The translations under genes and the position numbers were made by a program. From Clostridia bacterium (GTDB lineage Bacteria; Bacillota; Clostridia; UBA1212; DUPL01): 64,000 nucleotides of DNA. The DNA lies in NCBI GenBank assembly GCA_050951325.1, contig JBMNIW010000001.1, forward strand, positions 1 through 64,000, in the 5' to 3' direction. The notes beneath the pieces were generated by a model. That model saw nothing but the letters and a program-made list of their open reading frames with translations, was not told where the DNA came from and ran no database searches. Positions 10,268 to 19,399 of this stretch are shown piece by piece (position 1 is the first letter of the stretch; every line of letters begins with the position of its first letter).

Positions 10268-11122
10268 TTACACCTCTTTCAAAATATTTTTCAATGCATC
10301 ACAAGCTGCATCGAAGGCTTCATCGCCAGATTTATATACAAACTCAGTGTCTCCAATACTTGTGTCATCACCGAGAGCATCATAGCCAGCAAATACTTTT
10401 AGATGTGGCTCTATGCTCAGAACTACATCTCCATCTCTCTTATTGAGCTCAGTTATAATTTCCTTTATATTTCCATCGCCATAACCGGAAGGAACAACCT
10501 TAAGGTCGCTGAATCTAGCATCTTTTATATGCAAATATTTAATGTATTTGTCTAGCGCCTTAAAAGCTTCTATAGGTTTGACTCCACTTTGAACATAATT
10601 TGATGGGTCTAAAATACCTTTCAACCCCGAACCGAATGTCTCGAACAAGTCCAAATTACGTTCTATAGTTTCACCATATATAAACTTCTCATTCTCATGG
10701 CACAAATCTACACCGGTGCCTTCTGCATACTCTACCAATGCACCCATTCTCCTCATGACTTCATCTCTGTAATCATCAGGGTTCTCTCCTCCAGGCATGA
10801 AAAAGCTAAATAGGCGTATGTTATTGCAATCAAGCATTTGTGCAACTTCAACAGCCCTCTTGAAATCTTCAAAATGGGGCTCAAAGTCATCCTTAATGCC
10901 TATTTTTCCAATAGTAGATCCTATGGACCATACTTTTATTCCGCCTGCTTCCAGTTTTGCTTTAATCTCCTTGATTCTATTATCATCATGCTTGATAATG
11001 TTCCTGTCAACTACTCCTCGAATTTCAATGTATTCGATTTCATTTCTCTGGAGCGCATTAATTTGCTCATCAAGGTTTGGGTTTGCCTCGTCGGCAAATG
11101 CCGATAAAATAAATCTTGCCAT
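10268..11122 (-). CDS. Sugar phosphate isomerase/epimerase (AP_endonuc_2 TIM barrel)
   Basis: SAFADE, HENEK, D..N, HIKD, IEPHL motifs; ATG at 11122 follows GGAGG. Confidence 0.85.
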   Translation of the reverse strand: MARFILSAFADEANPNLDEQINALQRNEIEYIEIRGVVDRNIIKHDDNRIKEIKAKLEAGGIKVWSIGSTIGKIGIKDDFEPHFEDFKRAVEVAQMLDCNNIRLFSFFMPGGENPDDYRDEVMRRMGALVEYAEGTGVDLCHENEKFIYGETIERNLDLFETFGSGLKGILDPSNYVQSGVKPIEAFKALDKYIKYLHIKDARFSDLKVVPSGYGDGNIKEIITELNKRDGDVVLSIEPHLKVFAGYDALGDDTSIGDTEFVYKSGDEAFDAACDALKNILKEV

Positions 11123-11135
11123 AATACTTACCTCC

Positions 11136-11894
11136 CTATTTAAGACCTTTTCCATTAAGATATCTATAACTTCTACCAAGTTCGGTTATAGCGTCATCAA
11201 CAAAATGTGTATCCTGCTCTATAAATGCATACTCCACATTAGTCTTTTTGCATGCGTCAATTATTTTGTCCCAGTTAAGATTACCACTTCCGATAGCTGC
11301 AAACTTCTGATTCGATCCTTCCATACGCATGTCTTTGAAATGCAGGGCTTTAATTCTGCCTTCCATTCTATTAATGTAATCTGTAGGGCAAACACCCCCA
11401 TGTTGAGCCCAGTAAGTGTCGAATATGAAATACCAATCACCTTCTACTGTCTCTTCAAGCATGATGTCAAACCCTATTCTTCCCTCAAACTTTTCAAATT
11501 CAAAAGAGTGGTTGTGGTAATGAAATGACATACCATTTTCCTTTAGAACCTTGGCTACTTCGCTGTAATCCTTTATGAAATCTTTAAGACCTTCATAACT
11601 GCCTTTATATCTTTCTGGCATTGCACCTATACCTACATAGTTGCATCCAAAAATCTTATGTTCCTCGATAACAGCCATTGGGTCATTAAGAAGCCTGTCA
11701 GGATTTGTATGCGTCAGTCTTATCTTCATACCAACCTCATCACAAACTTCCCTTATCACCTTTGGTTCAAGACCTACTCCTGAAATCTGAACGTATTCAT
11801 AACCAAATTCAGCAAGTTTTTTAAGAGTATTTCTAAAGTCCTCTTCTGTTTTACAATAATCCCTTACTGTATAAAGCTGTGCGCCTATACGCAT
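11136..11894 (-). CDS. Sugar phosphate isomerase/epimerase (AP_endonuc_2 TIM barrel)
   Basis: GAQLYTVRD, YHNH..EF, DTYW, HFKD, EQD motifs. Confidence 0.87.
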   Translation of the reverse strand: MRIGAQLYTVRDYCKTEEDFRNTLKKLAEFGYEYVQISGVGLEPKVIREVCDEVGMKIRLTHTNPDRLLNDPMAVIEEHKIFGCNYVGIGAMPERYKGSYEGLKDFIKDYSEVAKVLKENGMSFHYHNHSFEFEKFEGRIGFDIMLEETVEGDWYFIFDTYWAQHGGVCPTDYINRMEGRIKALHFKDMRMEGSNQKFAAIGSGNLNWDKIIDACKKTNVEYAFIEQDTHFVDDAITELGRSYRYLNGKGLK

Positions 11895-11920
11895 TTTTCA
11901 TCCCTCCTTTAAAGATAAGT

Positions 11921-12994
11921 TTAACATCTTTTTGCACACTTATCTATAGCTTCCCACAAACCATTCAAATACGTGGCACCCAGTGCACGGTCATACAGTC
12001 CGTATCCAGGCATAGCAACTTCTCCCCAAATCATTCTGCCATGGTCTGGACGAATTGGTCCTGTGAATTTTATATCGTACAGCGCTTTCATTATCTCATA
12101 CATGTCAAAAGTTCCCGTAGATGACAAGTGAGCCGACTCTTCAAAATTGGTCTGGGAGTGGAATTTCAGATTGCGCACGTGAGCAAAATGAAGTCTGCCT
12201 TCAAGCGAACGTATCATATCGGGCATATCGTTCTTTAGATTCGTTCCAAAGGAACCTGTGCAGAAGGTCAATCCATTGTGCTTGTTGTCCACCATTTTCA
12301 TCATGCGCAGGATGTTCTCCTTGTTAATGATTATTCTTGGCAAACCAAAAACACTCCATGCGGGGTCATCTGGATGTATCGCCATGTTTATGTCGTACTT
12401 GTCACAAACAGGCATTATTGCTTCTAGGAAGTACTTAAGGTTCTCAAACAATTTCTCATCGTCCACATCCTTATAAAGTTCGAACAACTCCTTAATTCTT
12501 GCCATGCGTTCAGGTTCCCAGCCTGGCATGAATGCACCTGTTCGCTCTCCCTCAATTGCGTTAAACATCTCTTCAGGATTTATGCTGTCCACTGCCTCCT
12601 GTGTGTAAGCTAGAACTGTGGAACCATCGGGAAGCTTTCTGGAAAGCTCGGTACGAGTCCAGTCAAACACAGGCATAAAGTTGTAGCACACCATGTGTAT
12701 GTCTGCCTTGCCCAGGTTTTCAAGGGTCTTGATATAGTTTTCTATGTGTTGATCCCTTTCCTTTGTACCAGCCTTTATTGCATCACTTACATTGACGCTT
12801 TCAATTCCGTGGATTTTCAAGCCAGCTTCCTCAACTTCCTTTTTCAACTCAAGGATTTCCTCGAAAGTCCACAACTCTCCAGGCATTTTGCTATAAAGGG
12901 TGGTTATGACACCGTCTACTCCTGGTATCTGTCTGATATATTCCAGTTTGACGGTATCATATTTGCTTCCAAACCACCTTAATGACATTTTCAT
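11921..12994 (-). CDS. uxuA: Mannonate dehydratase
   Basis: CYNFMPVFDWTRT, IHPDDP, RPDHG, PGYGLYDRALG. Confidence 0.95.
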   Translation of the reverse strand: MKMSLRWFGSKYDTVKLEYIRQIPGVDGVITTLYSKMPGELWTFEEILELKKEVEEAGLKIHGIESVNVSDAIKAGTKERDQHIENYIKTLENLGKADIHMVCYNFMPVFDWTRTELSRKLPDGSTVLAYTQEAVDSINPEEMFNAIEGERTGAFMPGWEPERMARIKELFELYKDVDDEKLFENLKYFLEAIMPVCDKYDINMAIHPDDPAWSVFGLPRIIINKENILRMMKMVDNKHNGLTFCTGSFGTNLKNDMPDMIRSLEGRLHFAHVRNLKFHSQTNFEESAHLSSTGTFDMYEIMKALYDIKFTGPIRPDHGRMIWGEVAMPGYGLYDRALGATYLNGLWEAIDKCAKRC

Positions 12995-13073
12995 ATTTCT
13001 TTTCTCCTTTCACCTTTCAGTATCATATTAAATACCCATTTCTCTCATGTATTGGCACTAATGTATATATAAT

Positions 13074-13110
13074 ATAGCATTTTTTCTCTATAATAATAGC
13101 ATATTTTGCT
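13074..13110. promoter_or_regulatory. Candidate AraC-family direct-repeat operator between uxuA and the divergent regulator
   Basis: ATAGCAT repeated at 13074 and 13096 (22-bp period), each followed by a T-rich tract, resembling AraC half-sites. Confidence 0.4.
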
Positions 13111-13156
13111 TGTTTAATTGCAATTCTTGCTGTATTATATATCCTGGGTGATAAAA

Positions 13157-14056
13157 ATGCTTAAACTACAAGTACCAACAATGGCAGCAGACGATCCAAG
13201 GCAGTATATGTTGAACGAGAACTTGGAAATATACGAGAAAGTGGGAGTCCCCAGTGGAGCATTGGAGATGCACTTTCACAACTTTTATGAAATAATGTAT
13301 ATTATTGAGGGTGAATTCACTATACTTGTTAATAACACAAATTACGTCTTGAACTCAGGCGACTTTATTCTCATCAATATAAATAATCTCCATCATTATA
13401 CCTATACTGACAGCAAGCACGAAAATAACAAACGGATTCTCATGTGGGTTTCCAAGAAATATTTGAACCAACTGTCCGCTCCCAGTTATGAATTAGACAG
13501 TTGTTTTGCAAACGGATTTACTCCTGCGTGGCGTTTCCCACCCCATCACAGGGAACAACTCTATGAGTACATGCTGCAACTCCTGTACATAAGTGCGGAC
13601 GACAACAGGAACAAAACAGAGAACAAGCTTCTACAGAATGCATACACTACGCTATTCTTTGTCCATCTGAACAAGCTCTGCCAGAGAAAAGAGTTTTCCT
13701 TCTCCCCGGAGAACACTTACAACGACCCAATGATACGCACAGTGTCCGAGTACATAAACCAGCATATCGACGAACCGATAACATTGGATACATTGGCAGC
13801 TCAAGTGCACCTGAGCAAATATCACTTTGCTCGGCTGTTCAAAGAGACCACGCGCATGACCGTCAGGGATTTCATAATTCAAAAAAGGCTGATTCTTGCC
13901 TGTGAGAAGATTTGGGCAGGAGAACCACTTAAGAACATTTACAGTGCGTGCGGCTTTACAGACTATTCTTCCTTCTACAGAAACTTCAAGTCCTTTTATG
14001 GACTTTCCCCTAGTGAATACAAGGAGTTCTACGACAAGGGGCCTGCCAATGATTAA
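13157..14056 (+). CDS. AraC-family transcriptional regulator (cupin plus HTH)
   Basis: HFHNFYEI cupin; LSKYHFARLFK and CGFTDYSSFYRNFK..YG.SP HTH motifs. Confidence 0.92.
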   Translation: MLKLQVPTMAADDPRQYMLNENLEIYEKVGVPSGALEMHFHNFYEIMYIIEGEFTILVNNTNYVLNSGDFILININNLHHYTYTDSKHENNKRILMWVSKKYLNQLSAPSYELDSCFANGFTPAWRFPPHHREQLYEYMLQLLYISADDNRNKTENKLLQNAYTTLFFVHLNKLCQRKEFSFSPENTYNDPMIRTVSEYINQHIDEPITLDTLAAQVHLSKYHFARLFKETTRMTVRDFIIQKRLILACEKIWAGEPLKNIYSACGFTDYSSFYRNFKSFYGLSPSEYKEFYDKGPAND

Positions 14057-14100
14057 GGAAAAAGAGTTCGCAGACCAAACCTTCACGAACTCTTTCCTCT
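14057..14100. terminator. Hairpin between convergent genes
   Basis: AAAGAGTTCG...CGAACTCTTT inverted repeat. Confidence 0.55.
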
Positions 14101-14937
14101 TTATGATAGAATTCTCTTCAAGTTCTCCGCTGCAAAATTAAATGCTTCCTTGTTGGACTTAAAACTCACCTCTCGCTTAAACTCGCCTTCTGTAAGACGG
14201 TCAAGACCAACAAAACTCATAAGGTGCGGCTCAAGAGTCACATGAACAACCTCTTTTTTTGCAGCAAAGTCCTTTACAATCTCCTTTATCCTTGCCTGTC
14301 CGTACCCTGGTACTGTGATTCTGCCATCCTTCGTTCCATCTTTTATATGGAAGTACTCGATGTAACCGCAGAGCATCTTGTACGCTTGTAGCGGATCGTA
14401 TCCTGCTAATATAAAGTTGCCCATGTCAAATACACATCTCAACCTGCCTTCAAAGCTTTCAAAAAGTTCGAGACAATCCTCAGGAGACTCGCCGTAGATT
14501 CCTTCCTCGTTTTCATGACAAAGAGTTACACCATACCTGTCCGCCAATTCAAGAAGTTTCTCCACCCTTTCAAATGCAGTCTTTCTAAATTCTTCTATCG
14601 GATGTCTATTTCTATTGTAAAAACTGAACATACGAATGTATTTACTTCCAAAAATATTTGCACTTTCACATATCCTTTCAAGTTTTACCAAATGTTCGTT
14701 GAAATCATCCGTAATATCAATCTTCCCGATAGGTGAGCCTATGGAAAAAACACTGATACCGTTTTCCTTTAAAGTCTCATTCAACCTTTTTACAGTTTCA
14801 AGGTCGATATCTGCAATGTTTTTTCCATCAACAAACCTTATCTCTAAGTAATCAATTTTATTTTGAATAAGCCCTTCAATCTGCTCCTCAAGGCTCACTG
14901 CATATTCATCTGCAAACGCTCCATAAACAATATTCAT
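14101..14937 (-). CDS. Sugar phosphate isomerase/epimerase, paralog of 10268..11122
   Basis: AFADE, IGSPIGKI.I.DDF..H, HENE, HIKD, LEPHL motifs. Confidence 0.85.
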   Translation of the reverse strand: MNIVYGAFADEYAVSLEEQIEGLIQNKIDYLEIRFVDGKNIADIDLETVKRLNETLKENGISVFSIGSPIGKIDITDDFNEHLVKLERICESANIFGSKYIRMFSFYNRNRHPIEEFRKTAFERVEKLLELADRYGVTLCHENEEGIYGESPEDCLELFESFEGRLRCVFDMGNFILAGYDPLQAYKMLCGYIEYFHIKDGTKDGRITVPGYGQARIKEIVKDFAAKKEVVHVTLEPHLMSFVGLDRLTEGEFKREVSFKSNKEAFNFAAENLKRILS

Positions 14938-14947
14938 TCTTTCCCTC

Positions 14948-15700
14948 CTATAAGAATTTTGAATATTCAACCACTTCTCCCTGATGAATAACACCTTTAA
15001 TATTAACATCATCTTCAAATATTACAATATCGGCATAACAACCAATTTTTATCTCACCCTTGTAGGAAAGACCCATTATTCGAGCAGGATTCCTGGTAAT
15101 CAACTTTACTGCGCTGCATTTGGGTATAACAGCGTCTTTCACACATACCCTTACCAGTCTGTCACGGTTGGCGATGCTGCCTGCAAACACAGTACGATCA
15201 GGAAGTTATGTACAATAATACACAGTGCGCCTCCCACGCTTGCTGTTTTCTCACTAGTTCCTGCACAGCTTAATGAATTTGATACCAAACATATAATCAT
15301 CAGTTTTTATCTTGTAAATCAGTTTAATTAGCTCTGGCGAAAATGCCTGCCGTTTGCAATTATCTCTACATCAATATCATCGATAAGATACGCCGTTTCT
15401 ATTAGTCCTAGCTTTCTGAATCCCTTCTCCCTGGTTATGGTTGACATGCATTAATAAAGATACGTGGCCAGCTTGTTTCCATTACAATATGCCTGAATCA
15501 TCTCATCATATGTGCAGTTTGTATGCACTGATGACAAAAAATGTTGTTCTCACCCATTCTTTTTGAGATAATCGGAACCAAGTAATTCCTGTGCATAGCT
15601 TATTCTTGCCAATATGTCTCCAAACTGGTTTACCAGATAATCAATCTCTTTCCTGTTCGAATTCTGTTGGACGGAGCCGCTGTAAAGATCATGTTTATGT
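14948..15700 (-). pseudogene. nagA: Degraded N-acetylglucosamine-6-phosphate deacetylase
   Basis: Manual translation gives SYAQEL, HTNCTYDEM, ATYLY*CMSTITREKGFRKLGLIETAYL, IANGRH, PELIKLIYKIK, FAGS, NPARIMGL..KGEI..G..ADIVIF; in-frame stop at 15451-15453, frameshift near 15340; 5' boundary approximate. Confidence 0.8.
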
Positions 15701-15884
15701 ACTATTTCTCAACTAAAAGCTTTTCTATTTTGTATTATACTTTTATACTCCTGGGAGAGGATAGATCCAATTGTGTATGAGTCTTTTTCTCATTATTGTC
15801 AATTTTTCTTCTCCCCTGTTTCAATAGCTTTTCACAAGGCATAAAATAAAGCATGACAGTATAAAATGACAGGAGTGTAAAAGA

Positions 15885-16283
15885 TTGATTTATCTTCTCC
15901 TCTTTACATGGTGTCTTCCCCAGACGCTATTGGCATTTATTATAAGGGCCTTCGTTAAACCTGTTGTGTCAGAGAAACGGGGTAATGTGAATGTATACAA
16001 GGTTGATTGGGATACAGGTTCTCTGTCAATGAGCAACAAGGTATTTCTGTGCAAAACCCACTGGGAGAACGAGAAGGTTTTAATGCACGAAATTGGCCAC
16101 TTCAAGCAGAGCCTTATTCTGGGATGGTTCTTTCTCCCGATTATTGGTTTGCCAAGTTTAATGTGGGCTTGGTGGGGACATGATTTGGCAAACAAGTACC
16201 GGGAGAAAAAAGGCCTCCACAAAGTCGACTACTACTCCTTCTACACTGAGAAATGGGCAAACAAACTCGGAGGAGTGGATTAA
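15885..16283 (+). CDS. Small membrane protein with HExxH motif (possible zinc metallopeptidase)
   Basis: HEIGH motif, two hydrophobic segments, TTG start after AGGAG. Confidence 0.6.
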   Translation: MIYLLLFTWCLPQTLLAFIIRAFVKPVVSEKRGNVNVYKVDWDTGSLSMSNKVFLCKTHWENEKVLMHEIGHFKQSLILGWFFLPIIGLPSLMWAWWGHDLANKYREKKGLHKVDYYSFYTEKWANKLGGVD

Positions 16284-16284
16284 A

Positions 16285-17253
16285 TCAAGCAATGGTCTGA
16301 GCTGGCAGACTTGTATTCCATTTTCCACATCGGTCCCCAAAGCATCCTATTGCCTTTTCATTCTCATAGATTCTGACAACCTCACAACAATTGGGACAAC
16401 CTGCGCACTCAAAGCTTTTAGACACAAATGTACTGTCAGCAAGACCAAACCCCTTGAAGTTTGTTCTTCCTGTCTTTCTCACTGCATTCCTTGCTATTAT
16501 TGCAGCGCCGATTGCTCCCATCATATCATAGTAATCAGGTACAATTACTTCAAAACCTAAAGCATCCTCAAAAGCTTTCTTTATACCCTTGTTTGCTGCA
16601 ACACCGCCTTGAAAAAACACCTTGGGTAAAATCTCCTTCCCCTTGCCTATATTGTTTAAATAATTTCTGACAAGAGCCTCGCAAAGCCCGCCAATAATGT
16701 CTGCTTCATAGTATCCAAGCTGTTGCTTGTGTATCATGTCAGACTCTGCAAATACCGCACACCTGCCAGCTATTCTCACCGGTGTTGTTGCTTTTAACGC
16801 ATAATCTCCAAACTCTTCTATGGGTATATCCAGTCTTTCTGCTTGTCTGTCTAGAAATGAACCCGTTCCTGCAGCACAAACCGTATTCATGGCAAAATCC
16901 ACTACAATTCCATCCCTTAGGACAATTATTTTCGAATCCTGTCCTCCAATTTCAATTATTGTCTGGACGTCCCTGTCCATTTCCAATGCAGCAGTACTGT
17001 GAGCCGTTATTTCATTCTTTACCGCATCAGCACCTATCAGTGTAGCTGCAATACTGCGCCCGCTTCCTGTTGTCCCACATGCATGGATTTCCTCATCCAT
17101 ATACTTCTCCCTGAGCAATTTAAAACCCTCCTGGATAACCTGGATAGGTCTTCCCCTTGTTCTTAAGTATATTTTATCCTTCACATTCAACCTCTCATCC
17201 AGCACAATTAGGTCGGTGCTAACCGAACCCACATCAACTCCCAGATAATACAT
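16285..17253 (-). CDS. Acyl-CoA dehydratase activase (BadF/BadG/BcrA/BcrD ASKHA ATPase)
   Basis: GVDVGSVST, TTGSGR, EITAH, IGGQDSK, MNTVCAAGTGSFLD, RCAVFAES, C-terminal C..C.NCC..C. Confidence 0.9.
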   Translation of the reverse strand: MYYLGVDVGSVSTDLIVLDERLNVKDKIYLRTRGRPIQVIQEGFKLLREKYMDEEIHACGTTGSGRSIAATLIGADAVKNEITAHSTAALEMDRDVQTIIEIGGQDSKIIVLRDGIVVDFAMNTVCAAGTGSFLDRQAERLDIPIEEFGDYALKATTPVRIAGRCAVFAESDMIHKQQLGYYEADIIGGLCEALVRNYLNNIGKGKEILPKVFFQGGVAANKGIKKAFEDALGFEVIVPDYYDMMGAIGAAIIARNAVRKTGRTNFKGFGLADSTFVSKSFECAGCPNCCEVVRIYENEKAIGCFGDRCGKWNTSLPAQTIA

Positions 17254-18331
17254 GCTCCTTCCTCCTTTCAAGCAAATCTAGGAATGCTTCTATTCGGGTA
17301 ACGTAACCTGCCTCTCCAGTCATCTCATCAACAACTAGTGTCATTATAGGAAAATTCTTATCCTTCGATATACGGGGCAGTATAGCTTTTGATACAATTT
17401 CAGGCATGCAGCCCATGGGAAAGATTTGAATTGCACCATCAAGCCCGTCCTCATACGCCTTTACTGCTTCACCTATGCACTCTCTTGCATGTCCGCCTAT
17501 TTCAAGCCTTAGGTACTCCTTGGAATGCCTTTTCAAGTCCAGCGAGTTTAGTCTTGTCGGCGACATGACCATGTTTTTCACCCACCAACTGGGAGTAAGT
17601 TCTCTCCTGGTAGAAACACCATACGACATAAGCTTGTCTTCGATATAAAGGTTCGAGAAGGGCTCAATGACAGTGTAAATCTCTCCAATAATCGCTATCT
17701 TGACAGGATCTTTATCCAAGTCCAACTCCACATTGTCAAACTTCTTCTCGTAGTCCTTAAGTAACTTTATCATCTCTTTAGGGTTTGAGCATCTTGCTGC
17801 ATCCCGCTTGCTTGCATGCAATAGTTTTTTACACTCTTCCCGTTTCCTTTCGTAACCTGCCAGCCAATGGGCTTTGGCATCCAGTTTGTCAGTTAGATTA
17901 ATAACATCGAGAGCATATTTTACACATTGTAACTTTTTGTGCTTTGACATCCTGCTTTTCGTTGATATTTCCGCAATTCTATTAAAAAGCTCAGATACTC
18001 CAATATCTCCCGGTGCATCTATAACTATGAATTTAAAATCGTGTCCCAGTTTGTTTAACAGATTCATTTGCATTTCGCAGTATTCTCCAAACCTGCAGGG
18101 ACCACAGCTCCCAGTTAATAAAACTGTATCCGCTCCCATTTCAGCAGCTTGCACATAATTCCCAATCATTATTTTATACGGAAGACATATTTCCTCAGGA
18201 GAATGTAGGGAACCTATTTCCAGAGTCTTTTTGCTGTTCTTGGGCGGAATTACATACTCAATGCCCAGACCATCAAAAAGAGCCTTGACTGCAAGGTACA
18301 CATTGCCCATATGAGGGAACGTTATCTTCAT
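17234..18331 (-). CDS. CoA-substrate activase / 2-hydroxyacyl-CoA dehydratase-related protein
   Basis: ITFPHMG, PEEICLPYK, GPCRFG.Y, GEIY, P.GCMPE, DEMTGEAG..TRIEAF. Confidence 0.8.
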   Translation of the reverse strand: MKITFPHMGNVYLAVKALFDGLGIEYVIPPKNSKKTLEIGSLHSPEEICLPYKIMIGNYVQAAEMGADTVLLTGSCGPCRFGEYCEMQMNLLNKLGHDFKFIVIDAPGDIGVSELFNRIAEISTKSRMSKHKKLQCVKYALDVINLTDKLDAKAHWLAGYERKREECKKLLHASKRDAARCSNPKEMIKLLKDYEKKFDNVELDLDKDPVKIAIIGEIYTVIEPFSNLYIEDKLMSYGVSTRRELTPSWWVKNMVMSPTRLNSLDLKRHSKEYLRLEIGGHARECIGEAVKAYEDGLDGAIQIFPMGCMPEIVSKAILPRISKDKNFPIMTLVVDEMTGEAGYVTRIEAFLDLLERRKEHVLSGS

Positions 18332-19223
18332 ACGTCTTTCTCCTTTCCAGCATGTCAACAAAAGCTTCAATTCTTGTATTTACTCCCGCCTCTCCTGTGT
18401 GTTCATCGATTTTTAGTACCATAAATGGAAAATCCCCTATGCGTTCTTTAACGAGCTCTATCAACACGGAATCGATACCACATGCAAAGGAGGAGATATA
18501 AATTACTCCATCACATAGTTTCTTCTCATAGGCAGTAGCCAGAAATCCGTAAGTGTTTCTGGCAAAAGTCCAGAAAGGCCTTTTGAATAATTTCCCCACC
18601 TCTGAATCCACTTCCTCCTCATCCACAAATTCTTCCGTTATTATCCCGATTCCCAGTGCGTTTAATTTTCTTACTATGTTCATGTTGCTGTAACTGTCAT
18701 ATATGTTGTACGGATGTCCTGCCAGTGCTACTTTCATTTCATAACTTAACGTGTTGATTCCAATATCGTATTCGTTCTGAACACTAACCGCCTTCTCAAA
18801 AGCCCTGCGGATTGTATTTCTATCCCTGGTCACCAGTCGCCCTGCTTCTTTGGCCCACTCGTAAAGCCTTTTATCATCCGTTGCATAGATGGGCTCTGAG
18901 ATTACAGCAGGCAAATCTGGTATGTTGTAAACAACCATCTCGGGAAGCCCGCAGAACTTGGGACATATATACTCCCTTTTTCTAATCTGCATTATCCTCG
19001 GAATTAATATTGCATCACACTTGTCTCTCAAAGAAGCAACATGGCCATGAAACACTTTAACCGGCATGCAAGCCTCGTCAACGCAATGTTTTACTCCCAG
19101 ATCCAAAATACTCTTGTTGGTGTCTTCCGAGACAATTGTTTCTGCTCCAAGCTCCGTAAAGAAAGTCATAAAAAAAGGATGGTATTTATAATACAAAAGA
19201 CCTTTTGGTATCCCTATTTTCAT
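18273..19223 (-). CDS. DUF2229 acyl-CoA dehydratase activase-related protein
   Basis: IGIPKGLLYY, EAC.PVKVFHGH, CPKF.GLP, GHPYN, F.CG.D, DEHTGEAG..TR.EAF. Confidence 0.82.
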   Translation of the reverse strand: MKIGIPKGLLYYKYHPFFMTFFTELGAETIVSEDTNKSILDLGVKHCVDEACMPVKVFHGHVASLRDKCDAILIPRIMQIRKREYICPKFCGLPEMVVYNIPDLPAVISEPIYATDDKRLYEWAKEAGRLVTRDRNTIRRAFEKAVSVQNEYDIGINTLSYEMKVALAGHPYNIYDSYSNMNIVRKLNALGIGIITEEFVDEEEVDSEVGKLFKRPFWTFARNTYGFLATAYEKKLCDGVIYISSFACGIDSVLIELVKERIGDFPFMVLKIDEHTGEAGVNTRIEAFVDMLERRKTYEDNVPSYGQCVPCSQGSF

Positions 19224-19399
19224 AAAACCCTCATTTCAACCTACTTAATATATTCACATATCAACCTTTTCATTATTTCCCCAATTCCTCAAATTATTCC
19301 ATGCATCTGAAAAAGTCATGGAAACTGGTCGCAATTGAATGTGGAAAACAGAGAAAAATGATGTATAATAGTTAGGATTATTATTAAAAGGTGATATGA

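Noticed and set aside
10797-11528. Long antisense ORFs (also 8528-9091, 26103-26792, 35497-36084, 49023-49667, 59408-59995)
   Set aside because: They lie opposite well-supported genes and show no recognisable motifs or SD.
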